DNA of 63,835 nucleotides from Hypanus sabinus (Eukaryota): NCBI RefSeq assembly GCF_030144855.1, contig NC_082716.1, positions 10,974,166 to 11,038,000 of the forward strand, read 5' to 3'. Shown piece by piece: positions 62,001 to 63,835 of this stretch (position 1 is its first letter; each line of letters starts with the position of its first letter). The notes under the pieces were generated by a model. It saw only the letters and a program-made list of their open reading frames with translations, ran no database searches and was not told where the DNA came from. The position numbers and the translations under genes were made by a program.

Positions 62001-63680
62001 GATCAATGGACCACTCAACGCCCCCTTCGCGCAACGTCTGGATCTGGGCTGGGTGGTGATAGGAGAGGTGTGTCTCGGTGACGTACACAAACCGATGGTT
62101 AACACACTCAAGACCAATGTGCTAGAGAGTGGCCGCCATTCAATCTTTCAACCCTGCCCGAGTGTCCCGTGCATCAAGGAAGCACAACAAGGCGTTAACA
62201 AGCGCGAGGCAAGCGACGAGTCGCTGGGCCAGTCAGTCTTCGCTCTAACGAAGTATGACGACAAACTTGCACAATCAGCTCAAGATACCATTTCTTTAAA
62301 AACCGAAGACACCAAGGTCTTCAGAGATGAAGCAAATAATGGGGTTGCCCCATTGCCTATCAGAGAACCATGCCAGCGCTCACCAGATAACAAAGAGCAG
62401 GCAGTCAAACGGTTCACGTCCTTACTGAAAACCTGGAAAAGGAAACCTGAGATACAGCAACGCACCCGATTGGCCCACGAGGTACTGTGCACCCTAATGG
62501 CAGAGGTCACAGCCATTATAAACGCACAATCATTCCTACCTGTGTCTTCTGACCCAGAAAACCCCTTTATACTTTCGCCATCAACGCTCCTTACGCAGAA
62601 GGCAGGAGCACCTCCGCCACCAGGAGACTTTTCAGACAAAAAGCAATGGAGACAAGTCCAGGCTCTGGCAAATCAGTTCTGGCCTCGCTGGAGACAAAAA
62701 TATCTACCTTTGTTGCAACAGAGACAAAAGTGGACAGAACCCCGCAGGAATCTTCAAGTTGAAGACTTAGTCCTGCTCAGGGACAAGCAAGCCGCTCGCA
62801 ACAGCTGGCCAACGGCCAGAATCACTGCTACATTCCCTAGCGAGGATGGACATGTCAGGAAGATCGAATTGAAGACTACCGACCAAGGCGATGTGAAAAT
62901 TTACCAAGGGCCAGTTACAGAAGTTATTCTACTTCTACCCAATGACTGATTAAGAGACTAAGTTTTGTACTCTGCTCATTGTGACCTTACGAAGGTCAAG
63001 CGGGGAGTGTGCTGTCTTTACGACAGTTATTTAGTTTATAATATTTTCGCTTAGTAATTCATTCAATAGTATTTTCTAGTTAGAATTAGAAGTGTTTAAA
63101 GTGTATTCATTGCATGTAAAATATATCGGCATGCGATGACGTCACATCCGGTTTCGCCGCGTCTTGTGGGAAAACACCGGTTTGAAATTAGCGCGAGGGT
63201 GGGGGCTTTCCACGAGGCTCACCTGAGCACAAGCAGTTTTGCAGGCATGAGAAATCACAGTGAGAGCAACGCTGTAAGTTAATAGATAATCGATATATTG
63301 AACTAAGATGTTAATGCTGATCCTGTTAGAGGTAACGACGGTAGATAATGTTTATGCTTTCGTTAGTTAAAGAGTCGCGGATAGTTTGCATGGAAGTGTA
63401 TTTAAAGTAGTCAATGGAGCAGGTAAACTCTCCCTGTATACTGCACCTTAGTGTAATGTAGTTATAGTCACCTTTGCAAGTATTTACACTTGAAATGTGA
63501 TATTAAGTAAGGAACAAATACTGTATCAATCTTGTATTGTTTTATCAACAGTTTTCACCATATGTTAATGTGAAGAGTGAACAGTAAATGGTTAATCTTA
63601 CTGCGATCTGGTTTGCATTGGCTGTGGTTTATCCGGACGTTAAATTCGGCGTTTCGTTACACCCGAAGGAGAACGTTATA
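59001..63680 (+). mobile_element. BEL/Pao LTR element unit 4 (LTRs 59001-59673, 63008-63680)
   Basis: Unit-3 haplotype plus a 1-bp insertion. Confidence 0.95.
59712..62949 (+). pseudogene. Unit 4 polyprotein with +1 frameshift (extra A at ~59944-59946)
   Basis: gccaaacaaagagg versus gccaaacaagagg in other units; the downstream frame becomes continuous with an LTR-internal ATG at 59581 (1122-aa ORF). Confidence 0.75.
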
Positions 63681-63835
63681 TGTGCTGTCTTTACGACAGT
63701 TATTTAGTTTATAATATTTTCGCTTAGTAATTCATTCAATAGTATTTTCTAGTTAGAATTAGAAGTGTTTAAAGTGTATTCATTGCATGTAAAATATATC
63801 GGCATGCGATGACGTCACATCCGGTTTCGCCGCGT
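63681..63835 (+). repeat. Start of the 5' LTR of unit 5 (cut by window end)
   Basis: gttata|tgtgctgtctttacgacag junction identical to the previous three. Confidence 0.9.

Larger units (their letters stand above)
44922..63835 (+). repeat. Head-to-tail tandem array of a non-autonomous BEL/Pao LTR retrotransposon (at least 4 full units, runs off the window)
   Basis: Units start at 44922, 49622, 54322, 59001 and 63681 (lengths 4700, 4700, 4679, 4680); near-identical. Confidence 0.95.

Noticed and set aside
45641-62639. Minus-strand ORFs (66-150 aa) repeated in each array unit
   Set aside because: Antisense shadows of the polyprotein frame with no recognisable motifs; repetition only reflects the array
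44922-63835. DIRS-like or env-bearing retrovirus interpretation of the doubled repeats
   Set aside because: No tyrosine recombinase or envelope ORF; domain motifs, TG start and PPT are BEL/Pao
1-63835. CRISPR arrays, rRNA or true tRNA genes
   Set aside because: None seen; B-box-like motifs belong to SINEs

Overview
Eukaryotic, repeat-saturated vertebrate DNA. The CR1/Rex1/Penelope/Tc1/SINE mix suggests a cartilaginous fish (inference). No host exon could be supported. Bases 1-44.9 kb are a mosaic of decayed, often nested CR1 LINEs, Penelope-like and Tc1-like remnants, SINEs, one fairly intact 5'-truncated Rex1/Babar fragment and several solo LTRs, with a 156-N gap. From 44,922 to the window end lies a very young, CpG-rich, head-to-tail array of a 4.7-kb BEL/Pao LTR retrotransposon: 4 complete units plus the start of a 5th. 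Each unit keeps BOTH 673-bp LTRs, so neighbouring units meet at LTR|LTR junctions with no spacer or TSD. Every 3' LTR ends in TA instead of the integrase-recognised CA. The single ~1,080-aa ORF is an in-frame Gag-protease-(integrase C-terminus) fusion lacking RT, RNase H and the integrase catalytic core, so the element is non-autonomous but still coding. Coordinates of old repeats are approximate; array coordinates were read base by base.
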